64,000 nt of DNA, from positions 1 to 64,000 of IMG/VR virus record IMGVR_UViG_3300034022_000267; one strand, given 5' to 3'. A model generated the notes under the pieces. That model made no database searches. It saw only the letters and a list, made by a program, of their open reading frames with translations, and was not told where the DNA came from. The position numbers and the translations under genes were made by a program. Position 1 is the stretch's first letter. Each line of letters opens with the position of its first letter. Of this stretch, positions 10,286 through 19,839 are shown piece by piece. Source of the DNA: a virus. Taxonomy: Duplodnaviria; Heunggongvirae; Uroviricota; Caudoviricetes.

Positions 10286-10687
10286 ATGAAAAATTACGTA
10301 ATTAACAACGGTGCTTTTACAGCAAATGGTAACTTTAGTGGATACACAGCTCTTGGTGTTCGTGTTCACCTTCACAAACGTCAAATGGAAGCTCTTGAAT
10401 GGAAAGCTAATGCAGACATCACTTTCCCTTTCTTCTGCATTGCAGAAGTAAAAGAAATTGGTAGCTTAAATGCAGACGGTAGTGCTGTGGTAGATGCTAA
10501 TGGTGTTGAAGTTAAATCAGAGCGTCTTACAGCTTTGAGCGCATTCAAAACTAAAGCTGAAATTACACAAGCTCACGCTGATAGCAAATTGCTTGATGTG
10601 GAAATTGCACAAGCTATTGAAACGCAAGCTAAAGCTTCAGGCTTAAGCGATAGTGCTATTGCTACACTTGCCAATGCTTCATTCTAA
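10286..10687 (+). CDS. Hypothetical protein
   Basis: 133 aa with clean codon usage, followed by a hairpin terminator. Confidence 0.45.
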   Translation: MKNYVINNGAFTANGNFSGYTALGVRVHLHKRQMEALEWKANADITFPFFCIAEVKEIGSLNADGSAVVDANGVEVKSERLTALSAFKTKAEITQAHADSKLLDVEIAQAIETQAKASGLSDSAIATLANASF

Positions 10688-10697
10688 TTAGTATTAT

Positions 10698-10733
10698 AAT
10701 AGCAGGTCCTTAATTGGACTTGCTATTATTATT
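10698..10733 (+). terminator. Rho-independent terminator
   Basis: Hairpin aatagcaggtcc / ggacttgctatt followed by a T-rich tract. Confidence 0.5.
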
Positions 10734-11743
10734 ATATATAAGGGTGGGTTTGGAAAATATGGGTGGGATGTTAAATAACTTCTACATTATATATATATAA
10801 AACTTTTTACGAGGGAGAAAAAAACTTTTATTTAGTTAACTTATTGATAATCAAGCATAATTTATTTTTATGTTGATTGATAAGAGAGCATAAATAGGTG
10901 GTAGTGGAGACACACACGTAATAAATACATAAAATCAAACAACGAACAAATCAAATAATAATCTAATACATATAGCATTATGAACTACTTATGCAAAGAC
11001 AAAGAAACAGGAGACTTATTTGTTATTACTAAATGGTCTAAAGACTTTAGTAAATACATAGAGAATAAAACTTGTGTATCATTAGGAATTAAATCTTTCT
11101 ATGTATTACAAGAAATAGAAGTTAGATAACAATGGGCTCTTCTTGGGCCCTTTACAATAACATGGAGTAAATATATGGTTCACTTATAAGATATGTACAT
11201 ACTTATTAGTTTCTGCGTACCATTAGTAGCACAATCTCTGAAGTAAGGTAAAATCATCCCTTACAAATAAAAAACTTAATAACTTCACAAGTCATTGAGT
11301 GCACCAGTTTCTTTAGTTTATAGACTATGATATATATAATAAGAACGATATGAGTGAAGAAACTCTTATTATATACCATAGCAATTAAAGTTTTAGGTGT
11401 AAAATGCAAATTTAAATAATAGTTAAGATGCAGTCTAGTCTGCCATAAATAAGTGTGATACATATACAGTGTATGAAACTAACATCAAAACTATTATTTT
11501 TTAAAACAAATTATTAACTGACTAAATAACAAAATTATGGAACAATTTAATTATGATGAACTATCTACATTACTATATGTATTAATTGTACACATGAATA
11601 AAAATATTAGTGATGAAGAGCTTCGTGATATTAAAAAGCTATCAGATAAAATTATTTTATTAAGAACAGAATAAAAACAAACATTAGTCAGTCAATTACA
11701 GGTAATGCTGGGTTGACTGATTATATTAAACACTGACTAAATT

Positions 11744-11950
11744 ATGAAACAATTTTTAGCAATCTTTAGCATCCTATTATTAGGAGCTATCATTGGAGTA
11801 TATATGAGTAATCTATATCAACCTAAATCAGAATATCACATTCAATTACTTGACTATGATCAAGTAGAGATAATGGATGATCAACACAATCTAATTAAGA
11901 CTACATCTCTTGATAGTCTTTCTTATCACTTAAATCAGGATAACATTTAA
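11744..11950 (+). CDS. Small membrane/secreted protein
   Basis: 68 aa with an N-terminal hydrophobic segment (FLAIFSILLLGAIIGVYM). Confidence 0.4.
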   Translation: MKQFLAIFSILLLGAIIGVYMSNLYQPKSEYHIQLLDYDQVEIMDDQHNLIKTTSLDSLSYHLNQDNI

Positions 11951-11970
11951 ATTCTTAATAACAAATAGAA

Positions 11971-12954
11971 ATGGAAGAAAACTTAACAGGTAGATATATT
12001 AAAGCTCTTGTAAATAGTCCTCAATCTACAGGTGTTAAAATTGGTGAAACAATAAAGATTATACGTGATAATGGTAGGTGTACACTAGATACAACATCTA
12101 GTGGAATTAGTGGAATGAGCATTAACAAACCCTTAAATCTTAAACACTGGGAATTATTACCATTAGAGACAACAAAAAAAGATGTCATTAAAGTAAATGA
12201 TTGGATTGTTAGAACAACAAATAGTAGTGGTGGGAATAAAGTAACTAAAGGTAAATCATATCAAGTCATAGAGGATACTCGTAGCAATGTTAACTTGATA
12301 GATGATGAAGGGAATGTAGATAACTTTGATACAAAGTATTTTAGACTTGCTGAACCACATGAAATTCCTAAACAAGAACCACCTAAACCTGATATGAAAG
12401 CTATTCAAGAAGAATGTAAAAGAAGATTTCCTATTGGATGTAAATTTATATCTAGCTGCAATTCTAAAGTTACTCGTGTTTTAAAAAACGATAGCTGTAC
12501 ATATTCTATATCAGAACATGTTAAAATATATGCAGGTTCTGGTCAAGGATTGTTGTACAAAGATGGAGTTTATGCACAATTAATGTCTTTACCAAAGACA
12601 TCTTTAGTAGGTAGATGGTTAAAAGCTTTAGTAGATCGTCCTCAACATACTTTTGTATTGAAAGGAGAGTATGTTAAAATACTTGACGAAAAATATGCTG
12701 GTTATGAAGTAAATATTGGTTTTAATCCTAATATTAAAAATGATACATGTAATTTTGGTGCTGATCCATCAATAACTGATTTATGGCAGTTGATGCCTGA
12801 AGAGTTTAGTACTGTATCAACAATTTATCATCCAACAACTGCATCTTTAGCAGATGTTTCAATATCAACAATTAAACAAAAACCATTAATAGAGAATGTG
12901 CAGTCCATTAGTGTTAACTTACGCATAAAAAAAACTAACAAATTTAAATTTTAA
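11971..12954 (+). CDS. Hypothetical protein with internal tandem duplication
   Basis: 327 aa. Two homologous ~60-aa segments: GRYIKALVNSPQSTGVKIGETIKII...WELLP and GRWLKALVDRPQHTFVLKGEYVKIL...WQLMP. Confidence 0.45.
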   Translation: MEENLTGRYIKALVNSPQSTGVKIGETIKIIRDNGRCTLDTTSSGISGMSINKPLNLKHWELLPLETTKKDVIKVNDWIVRTTNSSGGNKVTKGKSYQVIEDTRSNVNLIDDEGNVDNFDTKYFRLAEPHEIPKQEPPKPDMKAIQEECKRRFPIGCKFISSCNSKVTRVLKNDSCTYSISEHVKIYAGSGQGLLYKDGVYAQLMSLPKTSLVGRWLKALVDRPQHTFVLKGEYVKILDEKYAGYEVNIGFNPNIKNDTCNFGADPSITDLWQLMPEEFSTVSTIYHPTTASLADVSISTIKQKPLIENVQSISVNLRIKKTNKFKF

Positions 12955-12958
12955 AAAA

Positions 12959-13303
12959 ATGAACAAAATGAAATCATTTGTAAAAGAAGTAGTTGCAATA
13001 CTTAAAGGAGATGACGCAGAAGCAACGGGACAAAAAATCCTTAGACAAGCAGACAGTGCTTTCAAAACACAAATTGCTTCATTAACAGGAGATACAATTG
13101 CTCTTGAAGACAAATTGGAAGATGCTGTAGAAGCATTGAGACTTGCCAGATTAAACAATGGTAAAGTTATTAGTGATAGAAATTCTTATGTTAGAAATCT
13201 TCTTGATGCTAAGAACAATGTTACATCAGCAGAAGAAGCGTTGGAAGCACACAATGCTAAATTAGTTTTCTTAAAAGAACAAGCTGATTTGTTAGACGCA
13301 TAA
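12959..13303 (+). CDS. Hypothetical protein (coiled-coil)
   Basis: 114 aa ORF followed by a strong terminator. Confidence 0.4.
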   Translation: MNKMKSFVKEVVAILKGDDAEATGQKILRQADSAFKTQIASLTGDTIALEDKLEDAVEALRLARLNNGKVISDRNSYVRNLLDAKNNVTSAEEALEAHNAKLVFLKEQADLLDA

Positions 13304-13308
13304 ATATT

Positions 13309-13356
13309 ACACACACACACCCTTATTATAATTTTAGGGGTGTGTGTGTTTTTTTA
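13309..13356 (+). terminator. Rho-independent terminator
   Basis: Stem acacacacaccc / ggggtgtgtgtgt followed by TTTTTTT. Confidence 0.7.
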
Positions 13357-13378
13357 AATCTCCTTAATAATAAAAAAC

Positions 13379-13846
13379 ATGAAACATTTAAAAATTAGCA
13401 TACCAGATGGGTATGAGATTGATAAAGCTCAATCAACATTCGAGAACATTGTATTCAAACCAACAGTAACAGCTCTTCCTAAAACATGGATAGAGTTAAA
13501 TAAGATTAATGGTTATTCCATAGATGGAGCTTCAAGAATAGAAAAATTAGGTGATTCTGTGGGATGTATAGATATTAATAAGAATGTATTTGCTACAGAG
13601 GAACAAGCTAAAGCATCTATTGCATTAGCACAATTGTCTCAATTAATGCAAGTATATAATGATGGTTGGGTTCCAGATTGGAAAGATGATAACTATAAAC
13701 ATAATATTGAATATTATATAGATGAGACTATAATAGAAACAAGATGCTCATATAGTTCATTTCTTGCATTTAAAACTCAAGAAACAGCTAAACTATTCTT
13801 AGAGAATTTCAAAGATTTAATAACTAATGCTAAACCATTATTATAA
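13379..13846 (+). CDS. Hypothetical protein
   Basis: 155 aa, preceded by a TCCTTAATAA leader motif. Confidence 0.4.
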   Translation: MKHLKISIPDGYEIDKAQSTFENIVFKPTVTALPKTWIELNKINGYSIDGASRIEKLGDSVGCIDINKNVFATEEQAKASIALAQLSQLMQVYNDGWVPDWKDDNYKHNIEYYIDETIIETRCSYSSFLAFKTQETAKLFLENFKDLITNAKPLL

Positions 13847-14052
13847 TGAAAAGACTAGTAATGTTTTATATAAGCTATAAAGGTGGCGACATAGAAGGTC
13901 ATAGAATATCAACAAAGACATATCCTATCTTTACAAGAAAAAGTAGAATAGTTGATGATTTTTATGAATGGCAAGTAGAACAACTATTTATTGTAAATAA
14001 AGAAGATAGTCAAGTAGTATATATAACAAATACAAAAATCATTGGATTATGA
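13846..14052 (+). CDS. Hypothetical protein
   Basis: 68 aa with an ATGA start/stop overlap. Confidence 0.35.
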   Translation: MKRLVMFYISYKGGDIEGHRISTKTYPIFTRKSRIVDDFYEWQVEQLFIVNKEDSQVVYITNTKIIGL

Positions 14053-14240
14053 AACCAGAAAAAATTGAACAAAGGTTACAAGACATCAAGAATGAAATAC
14101 ATTCATTAGATAGTCTTAGAGATGCTCACGATGATACAAACATACATGAGATAGAGCACAAAGTGGATGTATTGTTAAATGAAAGACAACAACTAACATT
14201 CTTATTAGAGAGTTGTTTTGATGATCTTATTGGATTATAA
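14049..14240 (+). CDS. Hypothetical protein
   Basis: 63 aa with an overlapping start. Confidence 0.35.
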   Translation: MKPEKIEQRLQDIKNEIHSLDSLRDAHDDTNIHEIEHKVDVLLNERQQLTFLLESCFDDLIGL

Positions 14241-14413
14241 TGACTTATATATTTATATCATACCTAGTTATGCTGGGTATGATGATTGAAAGTTACAAAG
14301 ATGTAAAACGTACACCAATTGAAGCTTGGTTTATGTTTGTCTTTAGTCCATTTATTTTACCAATACTTATTGGTGTAATGTTAGCTGAAAATAAACCAAA
14401 ACAATAAATTTAT

Positions 14414-14656
14414 ATGAAATCATTTGAAGAATTACAAGAAACAATGGATTTACTAAATGAATTAGTAACTAACCAAAGTAAAGCACTAACTCTTTCTAAA
14501 GAAATTATTGAGGGTAAGAATAAAAGAATAGAGCTATGTGAGAGAGAAACAACTATCTATAAGAAAGAGAATAAAGCTCTTAAGATATGTTTATTTGGAA
14601 TTATAGTGTGTAGCGTGTTACAATTTATGATATCATGTTATGCGAATAAGGGTTAA
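14414..14656 (+). CDS. Small protein with C-terminal TM helix
   Basis: 80 aa; hydrophobic tail LFGIIVCSVLQFMISCY. Confidence 0.35.
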   Translation: MKSFEELQETMDLLNELVTNQSKALTLSKEIIEGKNKRIELCERETTIYKKENKALKICLFGIIVCSVLQFMISCYANKG

Positions 14657-14817
14657 TAAAGGAACATTAGTAGCATCTACTAATACATGTAGACATATAT
14701 TGTCTAAAAGGCTAATAATAGAAGTGATATATAATTTCAGAAATGGAGTTGTAAGAGAAAGAACAATAGACATAAGAAAATCAGTAGAACAATAAACAAT
14801 TTAATTCCTTAATAATT

Positions 14818-15315
14818 ATGAATGCATCAAAGTCAGGTGGTATATTCACCTTTGATCATGGTCAAAAAAAGCTTAACAAAGCAATTGGTGTAGAACAAGC
14901 CTATTTAGATGATCTTAGTGATCAAGTAAAAGAAACTATGAAGAATTTCTTATTTGATGAAAATAGAGAAATAAAAGAAGACATTTCTCCAAGTCAATTG
15001 GTAGAGATTGTAGCAAGTGAATATAGCTATTCACAATTAGTGGTAATGGCTTCTTTCTATTTACAAGACAAATTAGATGGATTTGCCACTTCATTAGAGA
15101 AGAAAATGGATGATATGAAATCAGCAATTAAAGCTATTAGATTAGATGCTGACGATATTCCACCTCACATTAAAGAGATTCTTGATGGTCTTACAGGAGG
15201 AGAAAGTAAATCTACTGCATTAGATGGTGATTCATTACCACAAGAGCTTAAAGACTTTCTTAAGAACTTAGCTGAAGAGCAAGAGAAACAAGATGGAGAT
15301 GGTGATGATGACTAA
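14818..15315 (+). CDS. Hypothetical acidic protein
   Basis: 165 aa with an acidic C-terminus (DGDGDDD). Both recurring upstream motifs are present. Followed by a terminator hairpin. Confidence 0.4.
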   Translation: MNASKSGGIFTFDHGQKKLNKAIGVEQAYLDDLSDQVKETMKNFLFDENREIKEDISPSQLVEIVASEYSYSQLVVMASFYLQDKLDGFATSLEKKMDDMKSAIKAIRLDADDIPPHIKEILDGLTGGESKSTALDGDSLPQELKDFLKNLAEEQEKQDGDGDDD

Positions 15316-15324
15316 CATTAACAA

Positions 15325-15351
15325 GGAGCATTGTAATGATGCTCCTTTTAT
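15325..15351 (+). terminator. Rho-independent terminator
   Basis: ggagcat-tgtaatg-atgctcc followed by TTTTAT. Confidence 0.5.
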
Positions 15352-15360
15352 ATTAAAGCT

Positions 15361-15783
15361 ATGACGAAATATAGATTTAAAACTGAAGAAGAGTTTAAAA
15401 GAGACAGTCAATGGGATTATATTCATAATGTACCAAGTGGTTGGAATTCAAGTCGTAAAATGAATGAATACATAGGACAAGACATTGATGATGATTATAA
15501 TGTCAGAATTGAATGTAAACTGTCATTTACCAATGGTAGATGGACATTTTCATCAAAAGCTTGTATTTTAAACTCAATAGAGCTATCAGAAGAAGAAACA
15601 ACAGAAATTTTAAAACAAATTAAAAACAATTCCTTAATAACAAAAAGAAAAATGAAATCAACAGCAACTAAATCAGTAAAGAAAAATCCAGTGGGAGACA
15701 AGTTCGTATTTATGGACAAAACAGTTAGCATTTTAAACGTAGGATTCTCTACACGTAAGAATGTTATTCTTTATGGTCCAGGT
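15361..15783 (+). CDS. MoxR/CobS-like AAA+ ATPase, exon 1; ends inside the Walker A motif (…NVILYGPG)
   Basis: The ORF stops two codons after …ILYGPG, the first half of a P-loop. The rest of the P-loop (GHGKSE) begins the ORF at 16749. Joining 15783 to 16749 gives GPGGHGKS, a perfect G-x4-GKS. Both exons are in phase 0. Confidence 0.55.
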
Positions 15784-16748
15784 GAATAAAAATTCTTTTT
15801 AACTTGCAGGGTAATATAATTTATATTATCTTAGCAGCATGAAAGTAATAATATATGCATTAGTAGATCCTATAACTTGCAAGGTGAGATATATAGGAAG
15901 AACTTCAGTGAGCATGAATGCTCGATTATCCAAACACATACATGATGCCAAGTATCATAAGAGAAAGACACACAAAGAAGATTGGATAAGAAGTTTACTC
16001 AAAATAAACTGTAAACCTTTAATCAGAAAGTTAACTGAGATTGAAGGTTGGGAAAAATCATATGAGTTAGAAGTTAGTCTTATTGAAAAATATAAAGACA
16101 GACTTACAAACTATTATGATAAGGGTCCTGGACATTTAAGACAATGTAGAGAAGAAGATAGAATTAAAATATCTAACACTCTTAAGTCTAAATATGCTCA
16201 AGGAACAATTGATAAACCAGTAGGTAAAACTATATATGTTTATAATAGAGATGGTTCATTTTATAATGAATATGTTTCTGTTAGTGAAGCTTGTACCAAA
16301 TTAAATGTTGGTAGAACTACAATAAAAAGACATATTAATGGTCATCATCATTTATTTAACTCTCCAACTGCAGATGGCAGAAAGAGATTTTTAGGTGGTA
16401 ATTATCAATTCAACACAGTTAAAGTTGAGAGAATGCATGATTATACTTCATGAAGAATACGCCGTCTATAGTAGTAATATTATAGATAATTAGTGGGCAA
16501 AAACGGTGAAAGCTAAACAGTGATGTATGCCAATACCGTGCTAAACATAGATAGTAACATATTTATGTCAGTGTAACGCATAGTGGGTGAAACTAGAAAT
16601 AGAATATAAACCACCACGAGTGTCCGCCATCCTAACAAGTAATGTTGAGGATGAAAATATATGCTAAACTGGGTTGGATTGACCAACCGATGCAAATGAG
16701 GGAAACCTCCAGAGGTGAAGATAAAAAGCTTCACGTTAATAACTATTG
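15784..16748 (+). mobile_element. Putative group I self-splicing intron (~965 nt) carrying a GIY-YIG homing endonuclease gene
   Basis: It interrupts an ATPase gene exactly at the P-loop. The upstream exon ends in U and the intron ends in G (omega-G). A GC-richer, ORF-free 3' segment (16454..16748) contains a CCGUGCUAAA element resembling T4 td/nrdB-type (IA2) intron cores. A free-standing homing endonuclease ORF sits inside. Confidence 0.5.
15839..16453 (+). CDS. GIY-YIG homing endonuclease (intron-encoded)
   Basis: 204 aa. N-terminus IYALVDPITCKVRYIGRT is a GIY-YIG motif. The basic C-terminal region is consistent with a DNA-binding domain (I-TevI-like). Confidence 0.7.
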   Translation: MKVIIYALVDPITCKVRYIGRTSVSMNARLSKHIHDAKYHKRKTHKEDWIRSLLKINCKPLIRKLTEIEGWEKSYELEVSLIEKYKDRLTNYYDKGPGHLRQCREEDRIKISNTLKSKYAQGTIDKPVGKTIYVYNRDGSFYNEYVSVSEACTKLNVGRTTIKRHINGHHHLFNSPTADGRKRFLGGNYQFNTVKVERMHDYTS

Positions 16749-17642
16749 GGCCATGGTAAATCAGAAATCACTCTTGATTTCTTAAAAGCTAAAGGTATTG
16801 ATCCATTCATTCAAACAATGGGTACAGGTATGACAACAGACAGATTGTTTGGTGGTCTTGATATACCAACATTCGAAACAACAGGTAAGATTGAATATCT
16901 TGTACATAATAGTTTCATGAACCATGAATATGTTATATTCGAAGAATTGTTTGATGCTCCTGATTTTATCCTAGAGCAATTGAAAGATATTCTATCATCT
17001 GGTATATTCAGAAATGGTACACAGATATTTCCTATTGAGACTAAATTCATCATCTGTTGTACTAACAGAACTCGTGATGAATTCTCTAAGAATATGTCAT
17101 TAAAAGCTCTTATGGAACGTTTCCCATTAGAATTGAATGTTATATGGGATAACTACACAGAGATCTCTTATAACAAGCTATTGGAGAGTAAATTTGGTGA
17201 AGGAGAAGTTGATCCTGTTATTCCTTATTTATTACAGGAATATGCTAAGAACAGCATTACCATCAGTCCTCGTGTTGCTGTAACAGCATATCAAGTGTAT
17301 GATGAGTGTGGTCCAGAATCATTAGCATTCATTGCTGAATTTGCTAAGAAACCATCATTGATTGCTGAAGCTATCAAGAAGTTTGAGAGCACAATGAAGT
17401 TTAGAGAGTTGTCTTCAACTATTACATATAGCATCGAAACTCTAAGTCACTTACCATTAGTGTCAAGAGAAGATGAGAAAATGTACAAAGAAGCTCTTAA
17501 CAGTCTTAGTATGCAATTGAAAGACATTCAAGGCCTAACTGTAGGTGATGATGTTGCTAATGTGCATGCACAACTTGTTAAAGCAGCTAAGTCTTCTGTA
17601 GACAAGTTTACTAAGAACTTAACTATCGCTGCATTTATCTAA
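16749..17642 (+). CDS. MoxR/CobS-like AAA+ ATPase, exon 2
   Basis: Starts GHGKSEITLDF... and continues with an AAA+ core (ICCTNRTRDE resembles sensor motifs). The listed ORF start 16746 is a TTG directly after an in-frame TAA and is not a real initiation site. The spliced product is predicted at ~439 aa. Confidence 0.55.
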   Translation, partial: GHGKSEITLDFLKAKGIDPFIQTMGTGMTTDRLFGGLDIPTFETTGKIEYLVHNSFMNHEYVIFEELFDAPDFILEQLKDILSSGIFRNGTQIFPIETKFIICCTNRTRDEFSKNMSLKALMERFPLELNVIWDNYTEISYNKLLESKFGEGEVDPVIPYLLQEYAKNSITISPRVAVTAYQVYDECGPESLAFIAEFAKKPSLIAEAIKKFESTMKFRELSSTITYSIETLSHLPLVSREDEKMYKEALNSLSMQLKDIQGLTVGDDVANVHAQLVKAAKSSVDKFTKNLTIAAFI

Positions 17643-18876
17643 TGAGTATATGGGATGATGGGTATGACGATTACTATGGTAGTCGTTATGCTCCAACCTA
17701 TACTACTAAAAAGAGTAAAGGTGGATGGAAAGATAAATATGGTGGTAGTGGGTGGAGTAAAAAAGGAGGATGGAGTTCCTTTACTTGGAGTTATGGTAGT
17801 GATACAGATAACAATGATGATCTTGTTGTTAAAGATCCTGTTACATATATAACACCAACCACTTCAGAGATCAGAAAGAAAGTGAGAGCTCCTAAACAAA
17901 CATCTATTGATACAATCAAAGAATTAGCACGAGTGTGTTATTTCAAAATGATTGATGAAAAAGACTATCTAGTTGAGCAATATGCAGATTATGATAATCT
18001 ACCTGATGAAGAAAAAGGTGCTATATCAACAAAGAAAGAATTGTACGATAGTATATTTGATCAATATATTCCTGGATTCTCTCCATTAGACCAAGCTATA
18101 TCTATTTATTTGAAGTTACAAAGTACTGATAAAGAGAAAGCTGATCCTAGGGATGATGAGGATGATGAAGACTTGGATATGAAGAAAGGCTTAGACTTTG
18201 ATAGAAATTTGTATTCTGATCCAAACATCAATGAACAACTAGAGCTTAATGAGCTTAGTAAAGATAGAAAGATGGAGATTATGAACCATCTATCTCTTGT
18301 TGGTCAGTTTGGTAGTGAATTCAAAGTGGAAAAGGAAATATCTGAAAAGATAGTTGCTAATTCTGATCAGTATGCTGCAATGATTATGAGAGACTACTCT
18401 CAAATTCATATGATGAATCTAATGCAAAAGGTATATCCTCATTTTAGAAGTAAGTTCTTAACTAAAGACTTGACAGTGAGTGTTCCTGTTGATAGAAAAG
18501 AACAGATTCAAAAGATTATCATCATTCTTGATTACTCAGGTTCTATGGGCTATGATGATAAACAGATATGGGTTAATGCTATATTAATCGACAGGTTTAA
18601 GTATGTCATGAGAGGAGAAGCTGAAGTGTTCTTTAGTTATTTTGTTGAAAATACAAGTGATCTTGATTTCCAACATATCAAGAACAGAGAAGATGTTATT
18701 GCATTTTGGCAAACATTCTCTAATGAACCAGGTGGTGGTATGACAGAAGTTGGTGATATGGTTGAACATATTTCTAATGAGATACAAGCTAAAAGATTAT
18801 GTAATCTTGATGTAGATCTTTCTGAAGAAAAGCCTGAAATCCTAATTATCAATGATGGTCAATTTGGCCTAGACAT
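17642..18876 (+). CDS. vWA-domain protein (CobT-like partner of the MoxR ATPase), exon 1
   Basis: MIDAS motif ILDYSGSM (DxSxS), a downstream Thr (GGGMTEVGD) and Asp (ILIINDGQ). Its start overlaps the ATPase stop (ATGA). The annotated stop at 18878-18880 follows ...GQFGLDI. Confidence 0.55.
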
Positions 18877-19839
18877 ATAGTAATATATGTCCGTAATTCC
18901 TTTAATTGCTGGGACCCCTAAGTTACACCTACGAGGGTAATATGGAAATCAGCAGCGAAATAATGTTATTTTATCTTGCATATCATTAATACTATTTGTA
19001 TCTTTGTTGTATAATCATAAATTATGAAAAAATACACATTTGATACAGATTATTTTAAACAAATTAACACAGAAGAAAAAGCCTATTGGTTAGGTTTTAT
19101 TGCAGCCGATGGTTATCTTAACAAAAGAGGTAACACATTAGGAATTTGTTTAGATATTAGTGATAAATCACATTTAGAAAAGTTTAAAACAAGTATAGCA
19201 TATACAGGTAATGTATTTACTAGAACATCTCAATACTCAAAAGAGCATAGAATTACAGAAAAAGCTGTAATTGAGATATATAGTACAGAGTTATCAAAAG
19301 ATATTAATACATATGGATTAGACTATGAAAAATCTAAAACACTTAGTACTATTAATAATGTACCAAAAGAACTAATGAATCACTTTATCAGAGGTCACTT
19401 TGATGGTGATGGATGTTTATTCTTCGAAAAAGGAAGAAAAGAAACACATAAAGGTTCTCCAGGTATAACAATAGTAGGAACTAAATCATTTTTAGAATAT
19501 ATATGTGAATTTATTCCAGATTCTCCAAAATCATTACAATATGATAAAAGAACTGCTGGAACTTACACTTTATATTTAAAATCTATTAAACGATATAAAA
19601 AGTTTACAGATTATATATACAAAGATGCAACAGTGTATCTTGATAGAAAGTTTTTAAAACATCAAGATATATTAAAAAAGATAGAATAACAAGAAACGTT
19701 CAACGACTATTGCTGAAATGCAAGTACACTCAAGTGAGTGGAAAAGGGGAACATCCTACGAGGATGGAGATATAGTCTGATCTTATAGGAAACTATAAGC
19801 AGTTCTTAAGAGAACGCTATTGTATTAACGAAACAATAG
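18877..19839 (+). mobile_element. Putative group I intron (~963 nt) carrying a LAGLIDADG homing endonuclease gene
   Basis: The 3' part contains GAGAUAUAGUCUGA, close to the P7/P9.0 region of the T4 td intron (GAAGAUAUAGUCUGAAC, recalled from memory). It ends in G 19839. The upstream exon can end on U 18876 with a possible P1 between gacat (18872-18876) and atgtc (18887-18891). Splicing keeps the reading frame into the 19847 ORF. Confidence 0.5.
19024..19689 (+). CDS. LAGLIDADG homing endonuclease (double-motif, intron-encoded)
   Basis: 221 aa with two LAGLIDADG motifs: WLGFIAADGYL and FIRGHFDGDGCLFF. Confidence 0.75.
   Translation: MKKYTFDTDYFKQINTEEKAYWLGFIAADGYLNKRGNTLGICLDISDKSHLEKFKTSIAYTGNVFTRTSQYSKEHRITEKAVIEIYSTELSKDINTYGLDYEKSKTLSTINNVPKELMNHFIRGHFDGDGCLFFEKGRKETHKGSPGITIVGTKSFLEYICEFIPDSPKSLQYDKRTAGTYTLYLKSIKRYKKFTDYIYKDATVYLDRKFLKHQDILKKIE

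Noticed and set aside
11254-11463. Minus-strand 69-aa ORF in the 1-kb AT-rich region
   Set aside because: Opposite to the surrounding transcription direction and hydrophobic AT-codon junk.
16746-16748. TTG start codon assigned to the 16746..17642 ORF
   Set aside because: It directly follows an in-frame TAA. The protein begins mid-P-loop, so this is better explained as an exon boundary than as an initiation site.
16513-17053. Minus-strand ORFs 16513..16734 and 16811..17053
   Set aside because: The first lies in the structured 3' part of the putative intron. The second is antisense to ATPase exon 2.
17655-18852. ORFs 17655..17852 (+, other frame), 18584..18787 (-) and 18637..18852 (-)
   Set aside because: They overlap the vWA gene in alternative frames or on the antisense strand.
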